Origin: a virus
Direction: 5' to 3' (one strand)
Length of the DNA: 37,629 nt
IMG/VR virus record: IMGVR_UViG_3300037473_000262
This document shows positions 1 through 8,282 of this stretch, in pieces (within the stretch, counting starts at the first letter, position 1; every line of letters begins with the position of its first letter). The notes beneath the pieces were generated by a model. It searched no databases. It worked only from the letters and a program-made list of their open reading frames with translations, and was not told the DNA's origin. A program made the translations under genes and the position numbers.

Positions 1-127
1 TGTGACGCGAGACCACTCTGCAAGGCCTGCAGATACAGCGGATTCTGCTGCGTGAGCGCGCCCTGCGTGCCGAGTTCCTGCGCCAGCAACTGCTGCCACG
101 ATTGATCGGCCGTGACGAGTCCGGTCG
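1..127. repeat. Terminal direct repeat; nt 1-127 are identical to nt 37503-37629 (closure overlap of a circular or circularly permuted genome)
   Basis: Both ends read tgtgacgcgagaccactctgcaagg...cgtgacgagtccggtcg, 127/127 identical. The repeat lies inside an open reading frame. Confidence 0.95.
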
Positions 128-248
128 GGACATAGAAGTTACCACCCCCGCCACCACTGCCACCGCTTGTGCCAGGAGATAAGGCGCTGGACACCACGGC
201 GCCGCCGATGCCCGCAGCAAGACCGCCCGCGACTGCTCCGAATGGCAT
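1..248 (-). CDS. N-terminal part of a junction-spanning Gly/Gln-rich virion protein. The full gene is complement(join(36698..37629,128..248)), 350 aa.
   Basis: ATG at 248 follows GAAGGAGGG. Translation is MPFGAVAGGLAAGIGGAVVSSALSPGTSGGSGGGGGNFYVPTGLVTADQSWQQLLAQELGTQG and runs in frame into ORF 36698..37591 through the 127-nt overlap (1053 nt in total). The N-terminus has a glycine-zipper-like hydrophobic segment. Confidence 0.8.
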   Translation of the reverse strand, partial: MPFGAVAGGLAAGIGGAVVSSALSPGTSGGSGGGGGNFYVPTGLVTADQSWQQLLAQELGTQGALTQQNPLYLQALQSGLAS

Positions 249-251
249 GGC

Positions 252-596
252 CTAACCCTCCTTCAGTGTTTCGGGATCGGCGACGCTTTCGGCGTGGATG
301 CAAAGCCACGTCAGATCAGAAAGCGCCTGAATACGGTGCGCCTTGCCGGCCTTCACTTCCAGCATGCGCGGAGCCTCGAGAATGCTCAGCACGCCGTCGA
401 TCTCGATCATCGCTGTGCCGCGCGCGAGATAGCTAAGATGGTCGTACTCGTGCACATGCTTCTGCACCTCCTCGCCGGCGCGAAGCGTCTGCTCGCGCGC
501 GTACACACCGCCCGCGAAGTGGTGCTTTATATCCATCGCGGGGACCGCGCCCATGACGGCCGGAAGGGCGTGCATCATCGCTCGCACCTCAAACAT
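252..596 (-). CDS. Cupin-fold protein (small beta-barrel with a metal-binding-type motif)
   Basis: ORF track, 114 aa. KHVHEYDHLSYLARG and VKAGKAHRIQA resemble cupin motifs 1 and 2. An alternative start at 578 gives an ATGA overlap with the upstream stop and lies behind GAGG. Confidence 0.65.
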   Translation of the reverse strand: MFEVRAMMHALPAVMGAVPAMDIKHHFAGGVYAREQTLRAGEEVQKHVHEYDHLSYLARGTAMIEIDGVLSILEAPRMLEVKAGKAHRIQALSDLTWLCIHAESVADPETLKEG

Positions 597-1138
597 ACGA
601 TCAGCGTTATGCGGTCATCCTGACCGTCGTTGATCACCTCGTGCATCTTCGAGTTATCGAAGTACCAGACAGACCCCGGCTCCATGCAAACCCGCTCGTC
701 CTCGACGACGTTCACGCATTGCGGATTTGATTGGAGAACCACGTACAACTTCGTGTTGTAGTAGTCGGCATGCCACCCGCCGTCGACATGCGGTTCAATG
801 CGGCCACCGGGCGGAATACGCGTGATCAGGATGCCACCCAGCCGCGTTGCTTCGGTGCGAGCCATCATGGCGTACACAATCGGTCGTGCCTGCGGGAGCG
901 CGAACCACTCTGGATAGAAGATCGACTCGTGCTGGTCGTTAAACGTCGACCAGTCGCCAGATGCCTTGTGCGGCTTCTCATCGTTGTATCTCAGCCAGAT
1001 ATCGTCCATCTGCGAGTGCGGGCCGTCCGGAATCTCCTTCCGGTAACCATGACGATTCCACAGTCGCGGCTGGCGAGACAGAGCCAATAACAGTGGCGCT
1101 GTGTCCAGTCCGCGGGCGATCTGTACGAAATTCCTCAT
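575..1138 (-). CDS. Aspartyl/asparaginyl beta-hydroxylase-family (2OG/Fe(II) oxygenase-like) protein
   Basis: 187 aa. RIPPGGRIEPHVDGG ... WYFDNSKMHEVINDGQDDRITLIVCL matches the PG..I.PH.D / W.FD.S..HEV.N...R family pattern. Its start overlaps the holin stop. Confidence 0.7.
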   Translation of the reverse strand: MRNFVQIARGLDTAPLLLALSRQPRLWNRHGYRKEIPDGPHSQMDDIWLRYNDEKPHKASGDWSTFNDQHESIFYPEWFALPQARPIVYAMMARTEATRLGGILITRIPPGGRIEPHVDGGWHADYYNTKLYVVLQSNPQCVNVVEDERVCMEPGSVWYFDNSKMHEVINDGQDDRITLIVCLRCER

Positions 1139-1512
1139 GCCTTGCCCTTCACGCGCTCAGCCACATGCAACCCACCCAGGCCAAGCATGCCGAGCGTCAG
1201 CGTACCAAGTTCGCTCATGTCGAGAGGAGGCAGGCTCAACGGATGGCCGTAGATCGAAGCGCCAGCATTCAGCAACGGCTGCAACACGAAGTTCCACGCG
1301 TAACCCGCGACGCAAACCCAGCCCATGCCGCCGCGCCAGTGCTGCAGCGGGTCTGTGCTCTGGGCTTCGGCCTGGTTGATCGATAACTGCCCTTGCACCA
1401 TCGCAAGTACTGCGGAAAGTTGCTGCTGCTCCTGCACCGACTTGTCCGGCCAGATTTTGCTGACTATCGTCTGCGCCAGATCGAGTCCGGCGGTAATGGG
1501 ATCAAGTGCCAT
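1135..1512 (-). CDS. Holin, '3TM holin for gene-transfer release' type
   Basis: 125 aa. The N-terminal IVSKIWPDKSVQEQQQL...INQAEAQS...HWRGGMGWV pattern is followed by hydrophobic segments. The gene sits directly next to the endolysin. Confidence 0.7.
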   Translation of the reverse strand: MALDPITAGLDLAQTIVSKIWPDKSVQEQQQLSAVLAMVQGQLSINQAEAQSTDPLQHWRGGMGWVCVAGYAWNFVLQPLLNAGASIYGHPLSLPPLDMSELGTLTLGMLGLGGLHVAERVKGKA

Positions 1513-1933
1513 CGTTATCTCCCGTGAGCATCATTGTCGCCAGGCGTTGCGCGCGAGCGCCGACCTGTTTGGCCCACTTTGAATCGAGCATCTCGTCATG
1601 CGCAGCCTGCCAGTTACCTTGCCTGGCCGCGGCGAGAAACTGCGTGAATTCCAGCAGACCGCCGAGCATGTTGAACGCCATGTTGACGATCACGCGCTGC
1701 CGCACGGCGTCGAGGCCGCGCCACCACGGCAGATTGCGATCTAGCCACGCCGTCGTGCGCGCCACGTCGTTAGCCAGCAGCGCATCGCACTCGGCGTCGG
1801 AGATACCGACGTCCGTCAGGTTGCGACCGACGCCGATCGACGTCTTGCCGACAGAGTCGACGTACGGCTTCAGCTCACGACCCTCGTCGCGGCTCAGTTC
1901 GGCCACCATCGTCTGCATGTCGAACGAAGTCAC
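1502..1933 (-). CDS. Endolysin, glycoside hydrolase family 24 (T4-lysozyme-like)
   Basis: 143 aa. SRDEGRELKPYVDSVGKTSIGVGRNL carries the E-x8-D-x5-T catalytic spacing of T4-type lysozymes. Confidence 0.9.
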   Translation of the reverse strand: MTSFDMQTMVAELSRDEGRELKPYVDSVGKTSIGVGRNLTDVGISDAECDALLANDVARTTAWLDRNLPWWRGLDAVRQRVIVNMAFNMLGGLLEFTQFLAAARQGNWQAAHDEMLDSKWAKQVGARAQRLATMMLTGDNDGT

Positions 1934-2142
1934 AGCTTGCCCACCGCATGCATGATTTCGGTCACCTTGTCGGCGGTCGCCTTCGTGGTGTCCTCGATAA
2001 TCGTCGTGACCGACGCCTCGATCGCCGACAGGCTCTGCGCTTTGCCGTGCAGCTCGACCAGCGCCGCCAGTTTTTCCGGGATCGAGCGCGCGTCCGCGAT
2101 GATTGCGGAAAATTCGCTTTCAATCCCTGTCCAGATGCTCAT
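1930..2142 (-). CDS. Hypothetical protein (70 aa, helical, no TM segment) in the lysis cassette
   Basis: ORF track. AGGAGAG lies 4 nt upstream of the ATG at 2142. There is an ATGA-type overlap with the endolysin start. Confidence 0.7.
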   Translation of the reverse strand: MSIWTGIESEFSAIIADARSIPEKLAALVELHGKAQSLSAIEASVTTIIEDTTKATADKVTEIMHAVGKL

Positions 2143-2151
2143 GACTCTCTC

Positions 2152-2343
2152 CTAGAAAATCTTCTTGAGGCCGCCGCCGGCGCCGTAAGCGGCCACCGCG
2201 ATCAGGGCATAAATGAACACCCGCCAAACCACGCCGAGAACGCCCTTGCCAACGTTGAGTTGGAATTTTCGGAGCAGGGATCGCTCGAGTTGCTCGGTTA
2301 TGGCCTCTACGTCGGCATTCGACAAAGTGCGCTTATCGTCCAT
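2152..2343 (-). CDS. Small membrane protein (63 aa, one C-terminal TM segment); possible holin, antiholin or lysis accessory
   Basis: ORF track. The hydrophobic stretch is GVLGVVWRVFIYALIAVAAYGAGGG. This is the first gene of the lysis block. Confidence 0.6.
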   Translation of the reverse strand: MDDKRTLSNADVEAITEQLERSLLRKFQLNVGKGVLGVVWRVFIYALIAVAAYGAGGGLKKIF

Positions 2344-2372
2344 TTATTTCCCCGGTTGATGAATCGTTCGCT

Positions 2373-2831
2373 CTAGTTCGAAGGCAGCACGGTGAAGTTG
2401 TCGGTCTGGCCTGCGCGAAACAGAAAGGGCACTGTGGTGCTTGAGGCCCATGAAGTCGGGCCGCCTGACTGTGGCAGCACAATGCTTGCGCCGGTTGTGT
2501 TGTTCCGAAGCAGGATGTTTCCGCTCCAGTTCGGCGCGACCGAAAAAGACAATCCGGTCTGTGGAATCGTCACGTTCTGGCCGGCGCTTAACAGCGCGCC
2601 GCCGAACCACGGCGCGCCGCTAAAACTGATCGACTGCCCGCCACCGCCGCTCGAGCAGAACAGCGCGCCGTCGAAGCGCCCGGTCTTGCCTCGCAGGCTG
2701 CCGAAGTTGCACGACGCGCCAGTGACCTGCGCGAGCGCGCGCACCCACGGATGCTGCAGGTCGAGCGGCAGCGTCAGGCCGATCTCAGTCGCGACCTGCG
2801 ACATGGCAACAGCACCAGCGGATAGAGTCAT
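2373..2831 (-). CDS. Hypothetical protein downstream of the tail fibre (152 aa, Gly/Ser-rich beta-type composition)
   Basis: The start was moved to the ATG at 2831, which lies behind GGAGGCGAA and forms an ATGA overlap with the stop of 2828..3475. The track's longer N-terminus is Arg/Ala-rich. Confidence 0.65.
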   Translation of the reverse strand: MTLSAGAVAMSQVATEIGLTLPLDLQHPWVRALAQVTGASCNFGSLRGKTGRFDGALFCSSGGGGQSISFSGAPWFGGALLSAGQNVTIPQTGLSFSVAPNWSGNILLRNNTTGASIVLPQSGGPTSWASSTTVPFLFRAGQTDNFTVLPSN

Positions 2832-3475
2832 TTCGCCTCCAGCAGCGCGCGCAGCCGCATCACTTCCTCGGCCAGTTCGGCGCATGCAACAAGCGCAGCC
2901 TGGCCATACGCGACCGCGAGGCGCTCGTCGCCCCGCACAGCTTCTGGCATGAATGCCTGTAGCGATTGCGCACCAACACCTACCTGCCGCTTCCCGGTCT
3001 CGGTGTTGGTGAACGTGCCGCGCTTGAGCGCTGCCAGCCGTTTCAGGAAATCAGGCGCCAGAGGTTGCCAGTCGGTCTTCATGCGCTCATCCGATGCAGA
3101 CGTGATGTCGCCGAACGCCCACAGGTTTCCCGAGTCGTCGAGCGTCATCAACTGCTGGGTGAAGGCGTCGTTGACGATGTTGAAGATGCCGCCGATCACG
3201 CGCAGCGTCTTCGACGGCGTCGTAGCGCCGTTGCCGAGAAGCACCACCTGCGCGCCGTTTGTGCCGTCGCCTGATCCGTCCACCTTCAGCATCGCAGGGG
3301 TCGTCGGCGTGGATACCACGGTGATCGTCCCCGTCGAGGTGAACCCGTCGGGCTCGACAGGCATGGCGTTGGCGTTGACCTGATTCGCGATGAAATTCAG
3401 GTCCGCCATCACCTGCGATGCGTCTGCGGTGGTGCCGTTCTGAAGGTTGTCAGGTAGCGATCCGACGATGGACAT
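2828..3475 (-). CDS. Short tail fibre with a C-terminal peptidase-S74 intramolecular chaperone domain
   Basis: 215 aa. SASDERMKTDWQPL...VGVGAQSLQAFMPEAV...LAVAYGQ...LEAK matches the SDxRxK autoproteolytic chaperone signature. A GNGATTPSKTLRV..G.F.I.ND...D.GNL module is shared with 9882..11264. Confidence 0.8.
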   Translation of the reverse strand: MSIVGSLPDNLQNGTTADASQVMADLNFIANQVNANAMPVEPDGFTSTGTITVVSTPTTPAMLKVDGSGDGTNGAQVVLLGNGATTPSKTLRVIGGIFNIVNDAFTQQLMTLDDSGNLWAFGDITSASDERMKTDWQPLAPDFLKRLAALKRGTFTNTETGKRQVGVGAQSLQAFMPEAVRGDERLAVAYGQAALVACAELAEEVMRLRALLEAK

Positions 3476-3478
3476 GAT

Positions 3479-5098
3479 TTACCCCTGGTTCGTGTAGCCC
3501 GCGTCCTGATAGCGGGCGAAGAAGGTGCCGATCTGGATCTCGTTGACCGCTGTTACCAGCACGTCGAGCGACATCTTCTGGAAAACGAGCGCAGCCGCCC
3601 ACGGGATGGAATAGACGCGCGGAATGCTGGTGTTGGTCGACCAGTTGGCCTGCCCCCACAGGAACGAGCCCCACACGGTCCCTGCCCTCGGGGTCTGCAC
3701 AAACGCGGATCCCAGCGTGCCGCCCTGATCGTCGAGCGCGCTCAGGTTGAAATTTGCCGCGGTGCCTGTCGAGGCAAGCTCGATCGTTGACTCGACCACC
3801 TGGATCTGCTGCATGTGGCCGGTCTTCGGGAAACTTGCGGAACGCAGGTGCGACATGAACGCGGCGCCGGCGTCCTGATACAGGCTGTCGGATGTTGGGA
3901 TCGTCTTACTGACAAAGAGCGCCGCGCCGTGCGATGCGCTCGACAGCACGAACGCGCTGCCGAACTGACCGGCGCAGTCATACGGGAACGAGTGCGGGCC
4001 CGTCCAGCGTTTGCGCCGGATGTCGTACCAGTAGTCGTTCGTCTGCTGCTGTCCCTGAATCAGCGTCGGCACGCACACGCGATAAATGTTGCCGGCAAAG
4101 GCGGCGCTGATCCGCGATGGTTGCGTGGTGTTCTGAAACGGCACCTGCAGGTCAGGCGGAAAATCCGTGCCCGGCCGGCTCGATAGCGGGACCAGCGTGC
4201 CGAGGAAGTTCAGGATGTACGGCGCATCCGGGCCTGCGAAGAAGATGCCGAATGGCCCCTGCACGACGCTGCGCGGCGCCACACACCCGGTGGTCAGCGA
4301 GATGTAGTTCAGCGCGAGGTTGTTCGTGGCGGGGTCACCCGTCACCTGCCAGATTTGCGACTGCTTGAACACCACCAGTGCGCCAACCACCCCGCCAGAC
4401 GTCGTCTGGATCGGCAGGCCTGACTGTGCCGTCACTGGCGTCGTATCGCCGATCGTCACTGCCTGCGAGGCGTTCGTGCGCGTGGTCGGCGCCAACGGGT
4501 CGCTGAACTCGAGCGTGTTACCAACAGAGAAATATGCGCGGTTGTTGAAGTTCGCGACGGACGTCGGCACGCCGGTCAACCCATTCGTGGCGAGGTTCGC
4601 CGAAGACCACGCCGGCGCGTTCGGATTGGAGATGTCGATCACGCCAAAGAAGTTCGATCCGGCGCCGCTGAAACCCGGGTGCGTAACGAGTACCTTTGTG
4701 CTGACCACCGCCATGGTGGGTGGTGTCCACGGGCCGCTCGTCGCAGGCGAGGCCGGCGTATTGCCTGACGTGACGCCGGTGATCGTCACGAACGAGTTCG
4801 TCGACAGGTTGTACGCAAACGGCTCGTCCTGGCCGGGGTTCCGCGCGCTCGACACCATGCCGTATGCGACGTTGCCGATCACGATGTACACCGAGACGAA
4901 CGTCGGCGCGCTGAAGCCGCTGAAGTTCGTCGCGGCCGCACCCACGCCCGGGCGCGCCACGACAATCTCCGGGTTTCCCTGATCGAAAACGAGATTGGAC
5001 AGCAGCTGGCACGCGCCGGGGAAAGCGTCCGTCGCATCGAACGCGTCGCACAGCCCCTTCGGCGTAAAGCGCACCGGCTTGCCATTACGGATCGCCAT
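3479..5098 (-). CDS. Virion structural protein, putative tail tube/nozzle protein (539 aa)
   Basis: Large ORF with high GC3 located between an adaptor-like gene and the tail fibre. Beta-rich composition. The functional call rests on position only. Confidence 0.5.
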   Translation of the reverse strand: MAIRNGKPVRFTPKGLCDAFDATDAFPGACQLLSNLVFDQGNPEIVVARPGVGAAATNFSGFSAPTFVSVYIVIGNVAYGMVSSARNPGQDEPFAYNLSTNSFVTITGVTSGNTPASPATSGPWTPPTMAVVSTKVLVTHPGFSGAGSNFFGVIDISNPNAPAWSSANLATNGLTGVPTSVANFNNRAYFSVGNTLEFSDPLAPTTRTNASQAVTIGDTTPVTAQSGLPIQTTSGGVVGALVVFKQSQIWQVTGDPATNNLALNYISLTTGCVAPRSVVQGPFGIFFAGPDAPYILNFLGTLVPLSSRPGTDFPPDLQVPFQNTTQPSRISAAFAGNIYRVCVPTLIQGQQQTNDYWYDIRRKRWTGPHSFPYDCAGQFGSAFVLSSASHGAALFVSKTIPTSDSLYQDAGAAFMSHLRSASFPKTGHMQQIQVVESTIELASTGTAANFNLSALDDQGGTLGSAFVQTPRAGTVWGSFLWGQANWSTNTSIPRVYSIPWAAALVFQKMSLDVLVTAVNEIQIGTFFARYQDAGYTNQG

Positions 5099-5107
5099 CG
5101 TCCAGTC

Positions 5108-5812
5108 CTAATCCGTGATCTTCGTCGGCTTGAGCGTGCGATTCGTGTGGAAGCGCCGCGGATCGAGCCGGACGGACTTGACCACCGCCTGCTCGTCGCC
5201 TTCCATGATGATGTGCGTCGCAAGCATCGCATTGCACTGCGCGAGGAATGACTCCTGGCGCGTGTCGTCGGTCTCGCTCATCAGCTCGGCTGCCGTGCGC
5301 TTGATGAGGTACTGCTGGTCCGGAAACCACGGAATCAGCGTCGACGTTTCCGGCGCGACGATATCCGGCTGCTTCACCATGTACCGGTGCGTCAGCGTGA
5401 TCTGTCCCGACGACTGCGGATAGATGAATATCTGGCCGGCAGACTGGTTCGCCTGTGCCGTGGTCTCGTCGTACAGCAGCGTCATGAACTCGTACGGATA
5501 GTTCGCGATCGACGGATCCTTGAACTCCTGGTCGTACTCTTCGGGCGAGATCGGATGCAGAAAGTAAGGCAGATTGTTCTGCTCGAAGAACAGATCGTAC
5601 GTGCGCAGGTAGTTCAGCGGCAACGTGAACGGGCCGTAGGCGTTCGCCTGCACGGTGATGAACTCCGTGACCCGATTGATCTTCAGGTCACGGTGCAGCC
5701 ACAGGTCCTCCAGGACCATGTTCAAATAGATGCCGCCCTGGGAAATCCAGCCCGGCGCCTTGGCGATCGCGCAAGCGCGCGCGACGATCTGCTGAGCCTG
5801 GAGGTAGGCCAT
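5108..5812 (-). CDS. Virion structural protein, putative head-tail adaptor or tail tubular protein A-like (234 aa)
   Basis: ORF track; tightly packed within the structural module. The functional call rests on position only. Confidence 0.45.
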   Translation of the reverse strand: MAYLQAQQIVARACAIAKAPGWISQGGIYLNMVLEDLWLHRDLKINRVTEFITVQANAYGPFTLPLNYLRTYDLFFEQNNLPYFLHPISPEEYDQEFKDPSIANYPYEFMTLLYDETTAQANQSAGQIFIYPQSSGQITLTHRYMVKQPDIVAPETSTLIPWFPDQQYLIKRTAAELMSETDDTRQESFLAQCNAMLATHIIMEGDEQAVVKSVRLDPRRFHTNRTLKPTKITD

Positions 5813-5813
5813 A

Positions 5814-6242
5814 TCAGACGCCCGCGCGTGCGTTGGCGATTTTCTGCCGTGCCTTTTCCAGTTCCTGATTGATGCTCTTGATCTGCGCCGGATACGTGTT
5901 CAGGTTGGCCTGCTCCTGGCTTGTCAGGCTCTTGGCTCCGGCCTTCCCGGTCTTCTTGGCATTGAAGCGGGTCAGAAGATCCTCATAAGCCTGAGAGATG
6001 TCTCGCTCGGCTTTCTCGTACTGCTCGATGTGAGCCTCGAGCACCGGAATTTCCAGCATGCGCTGCTGGCGCTGCAGAGCTTCACGAACCATGTCCATGC
6101 GGCTGTCGAGCGAGTCTTTCGATTCGCCCTCGACGAGATAACCACTAGCGGACAATTGCGCCTGATTCGGCGCGGGCAGAGTGATCTGGAAATTTCCGAT
6201 CACGGTCGCGGGAGTAGCCGTAACTTCCTGAGAGGCTGTCAT
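5814..6242 (-). CDS. Hypothetical structural-module protein (142 aa, coiled-coil C-terminal half)
   Basis: ORF track. AAGGA lies upstream of the ATG at 6242. Confidence 0.7.
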   Translation of the reverse strand: MTASQEVTATPATVIGNFQITLPAPNQAQLSASGYLVEGESKDSLDSRMDMVREALQRQQRMLEIPVLEAHIEQYEKAERDISQAYEDLLTRFNAKKTGKAGAKSLTSQEQANLNTYPAQIKSINQELEKARQKIANARAGV

Positions 6243-6266
6243 GTTTTTCCTTGGTGGTTAAAAGGG

Positions 6267-6824
6267 CTACTGGCGAGCCCAGGACGGCACAGCGCCGGGA
6301 TTGCCGAGCACCCGGTTCTGAGCTTGCCGGTAGGGGTTGAACGCGTGACCGTTGATGTCGTTCTCGTGCACCCAGGTGCGCGCGACCATCTCCTTCACCG
6401 TGCGCAGCGTGTCGGTGTCGAACTTGTAGGTCTCACCGTGCAGATACGGGCGACCATTGATACGCAACTCGGTACCGCCACACGGCGCCATGTCGATACG
6501 GTAGTACCAGAGGTCGGTACCGTCGTCTGCCTTGCCTGCAAAGCGTTCCACCACCGACGACGTGAGCAGGGACGACTGGGCCTGCGCAGAAAGGCGGGCC
6601 GATTCTTCCTCGGCAATGTCTTTGGCCGCTTCGAGCTTTTCGTTCTGCGCTTCGAGTTGCCTGATGCGTTCGCGAAGTGCGTCGATCGACTCATCCTGAT
6701 CTGCAGCGAAAGCCGGAGTGGTGCCGGCGCTCAGGTCTTGACCGATGCCGGCTACTTCAGCATCGGTTGCGGGCTTCTTGTCCGGCTCACCTGGAGCCGG
6801 ATTCTGCGGATTGCGCGAAGGCAT
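6267..6824 (-). CDS. Hypothetical structural-module protein (185 aa)
   Basis: ATG at 6824 lies 6 nt after AAGGAG. The track's 6827 start is a TTG one codon upstream. Confidence 0.7.
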   Translation of the reverse strand: MPSRNPQNPAPGEPDKKPATDAEVAGIGQDLSAGTTPAFAADQDESIDALRERIRQLEAQNEKLEAAKDIAEEESARLSAQAQSSLLTSSVVERFAGKADDGTDLWYYRIDMAPCGGTELRINGRPYLHGETYKFDTDTLRTVKEMVARTWVHENDINGHAFNPYRQAQNRVLGNPGAVPSWARQ

Positions 6825-6834
6825 CAACTACTCC

Positions 6835-8253
6835 TTACGGGGTCGTGATAGTGCCGCCCTGATAGCCCGGGCTGAATGCAGAACCGGTTTCGACGCGGGC
6901 AAGGAAGGCGGTGTTGAGAAGAATCGAGCCGTAGAAGACTTTCCACGACACGACGCGTGTCTGGTTCAGCGGATCCGACTTGTCGGCGCCGGTCAGATAG
7001 TGGAACTCGGGATTTTCGAGCAGCACCTGGCCGTAGCTATGGTTGCCGATGAAAATCGTCGGGAACACCGACACGCCGTTCGCGGGCGCAGCGGGCGGCG
7101 TCTGCGTCACACCTACGCCAGTGAGCGTCACAGTCTGACCCGGCTGCAGTTGCGTTGCCTGACCAGCCAGCACGCCCGTCACTGGCACGCCATTGCCGAT
7201 CGCTGTCGCAAGGTTCGACGGGTTGCTCGTCGAGCCGATGTACACGTTGAACACGTAGTTCGGGAACGCTGGCAGCGTGACCGCGATTGAACCGGTCGGG
7301 CCCGTCACGGCAACCTGTGCCGACACCTGGTAGATCGTCTGCTCGACCGACGTGAGCGCGGGCGCCGCGGTGACCTGAATGAAGTAATTGCCCGTCGGGA
7401 GTTGCCCGCCCGACGCCGATGCCGTGCCGTTGATCTGCGGACCGCCGGTCCAGTACGGCATCATGTTGGTTTCGCAGAAGCGAATACCGCCGAAGTCGCC
7501 CAGCTCGTTGTTATAGAGCCGGTTCACGTCGCTGAATGCCCATGCCTGCTGGACCGATGCGTTTTCGCGCATGTCCTGCGTCGGGAACGGGCTGATCAGC
7601 GCCACATAGTGCTGTTTCACACTCGGTGTTCGCGACGGATCGCGATATGCGCCCGCCTCGATCATCATGTCCTCGCGCTCGTCGCCGTTGAAGCGCGGAA
7701 CACCGTATGCGGCCATCGACGCGAACAGGCGGTTGCACTCGTGCGGCGACAGAACGTCGCCAGCCGTCAGCGCGGCGCGGTTCGCCTTGCCGCCGCCGTA
7801 GTTCACCTGCGGCGCGGACAGCAGAGTGTTCAGCGTGTTGCGCTCGAGCGTTTCCGGCATCTGCAGCGACACCAGTTCGCACGCTTGCTGGAAGAGCGGG
7901 TGCTTGATCGTCAGGTTCGCGACGTCGGTGATGATGACGCGGTCGCCCCACTGCTGCGCGGTTGCACTGACCTGTTGCAGCGTCATTGCCTCGCCCGGGG
8001 GCGCCACGCCTTCCTGCAGCGGCGCATATGGCAGCGGCAGGCGCTGGTAGCGCGACGCTGTGTACGTCGTGCCGCGGTTCGTGTCGAGCTTCAACGGCTT
8101 GCCGAACTGATACGCGACCAGTTGTCGGCGCGCGAGCGGCTCAACCTCTTCCTGAATGTAGGCTTCGACATCGGCCGTAAAGCTGGTCGACTGGTTCGTC
8201 ACCCCGGGAAACAGCAGACCCAGCAAGAGGGTCAAGTGGTTCAGTACGATCAT
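6835..8253 (-). CDS. Major capsid protein, N4-gp56 family, with an inserted domain and an N-terminal leader
   Basis: TYTASRYQRLPLPYAPLQEGVAPPGEAMTLQQVSATAQQWGDRVIITDV fits the family pattern (rfrRY..lpl...PL.EGv.P.g......v.a...qyG....itD). The start was set at the ATG at 8253 behind AGGGAG. The N-terminus reads MIVLNHLTLLLGLLFPGV. Confidence 0.8.
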   Translation of the reverse strand: MIVLNHLTLLLGLLFPGVTNQSTSFTADVEAYIQEEVEPLARRQLVAYQFGKPLKLDTNRGTTYTASRYQRLPLPYAPLQEGVAPPGEAMTLQQVSATAQQWGDRVIITDVANLTIKHPLFQQACELVSLQMPETLERNTLNTLLSAPQVNYGGGKANRAALTAGDVLSPHECNRLFASMAAYGVPRFNGDEREDMMIEAGAYRDPSRTPSVKQHYVALISPFPTQDMRENASVQQAWAFSDVNRLYNNELGDFGGIRFCETNMMPYWTGGPQINGTASASGGQLPTGNYFIQVTAAPALTSVEQTIYQVSAQVAVTGPTGSIAVTLPAFPNYVFNVYIGSTSNPSNLATAIGNGVPVTGVLAGQATQLQPGQTVTLTGVGVTQTPPAAPANGVSVFPTIFIGNHSYGQVLLENPEFHYLTGADKSDPLNQTRVVSWKVFYGSILLNTAFLARVETGSAFSPGYQGGTITTP

Positions 8254-8282
8254 GATTGCTCCCTGGTCTTCCCTTTTTCTGG

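Noticed and set aside
1-127. The 127-nt terminal repeat as a biological direct terminal repeat, LTR or att duplication.
   Set aside because: It is an exact copy lying in the middle of a continuous ORF with no flanking signals, and its length looks like an assembler k-mer overlap. It is best read as circular closure of the contig. The real termini must be determined from reads.
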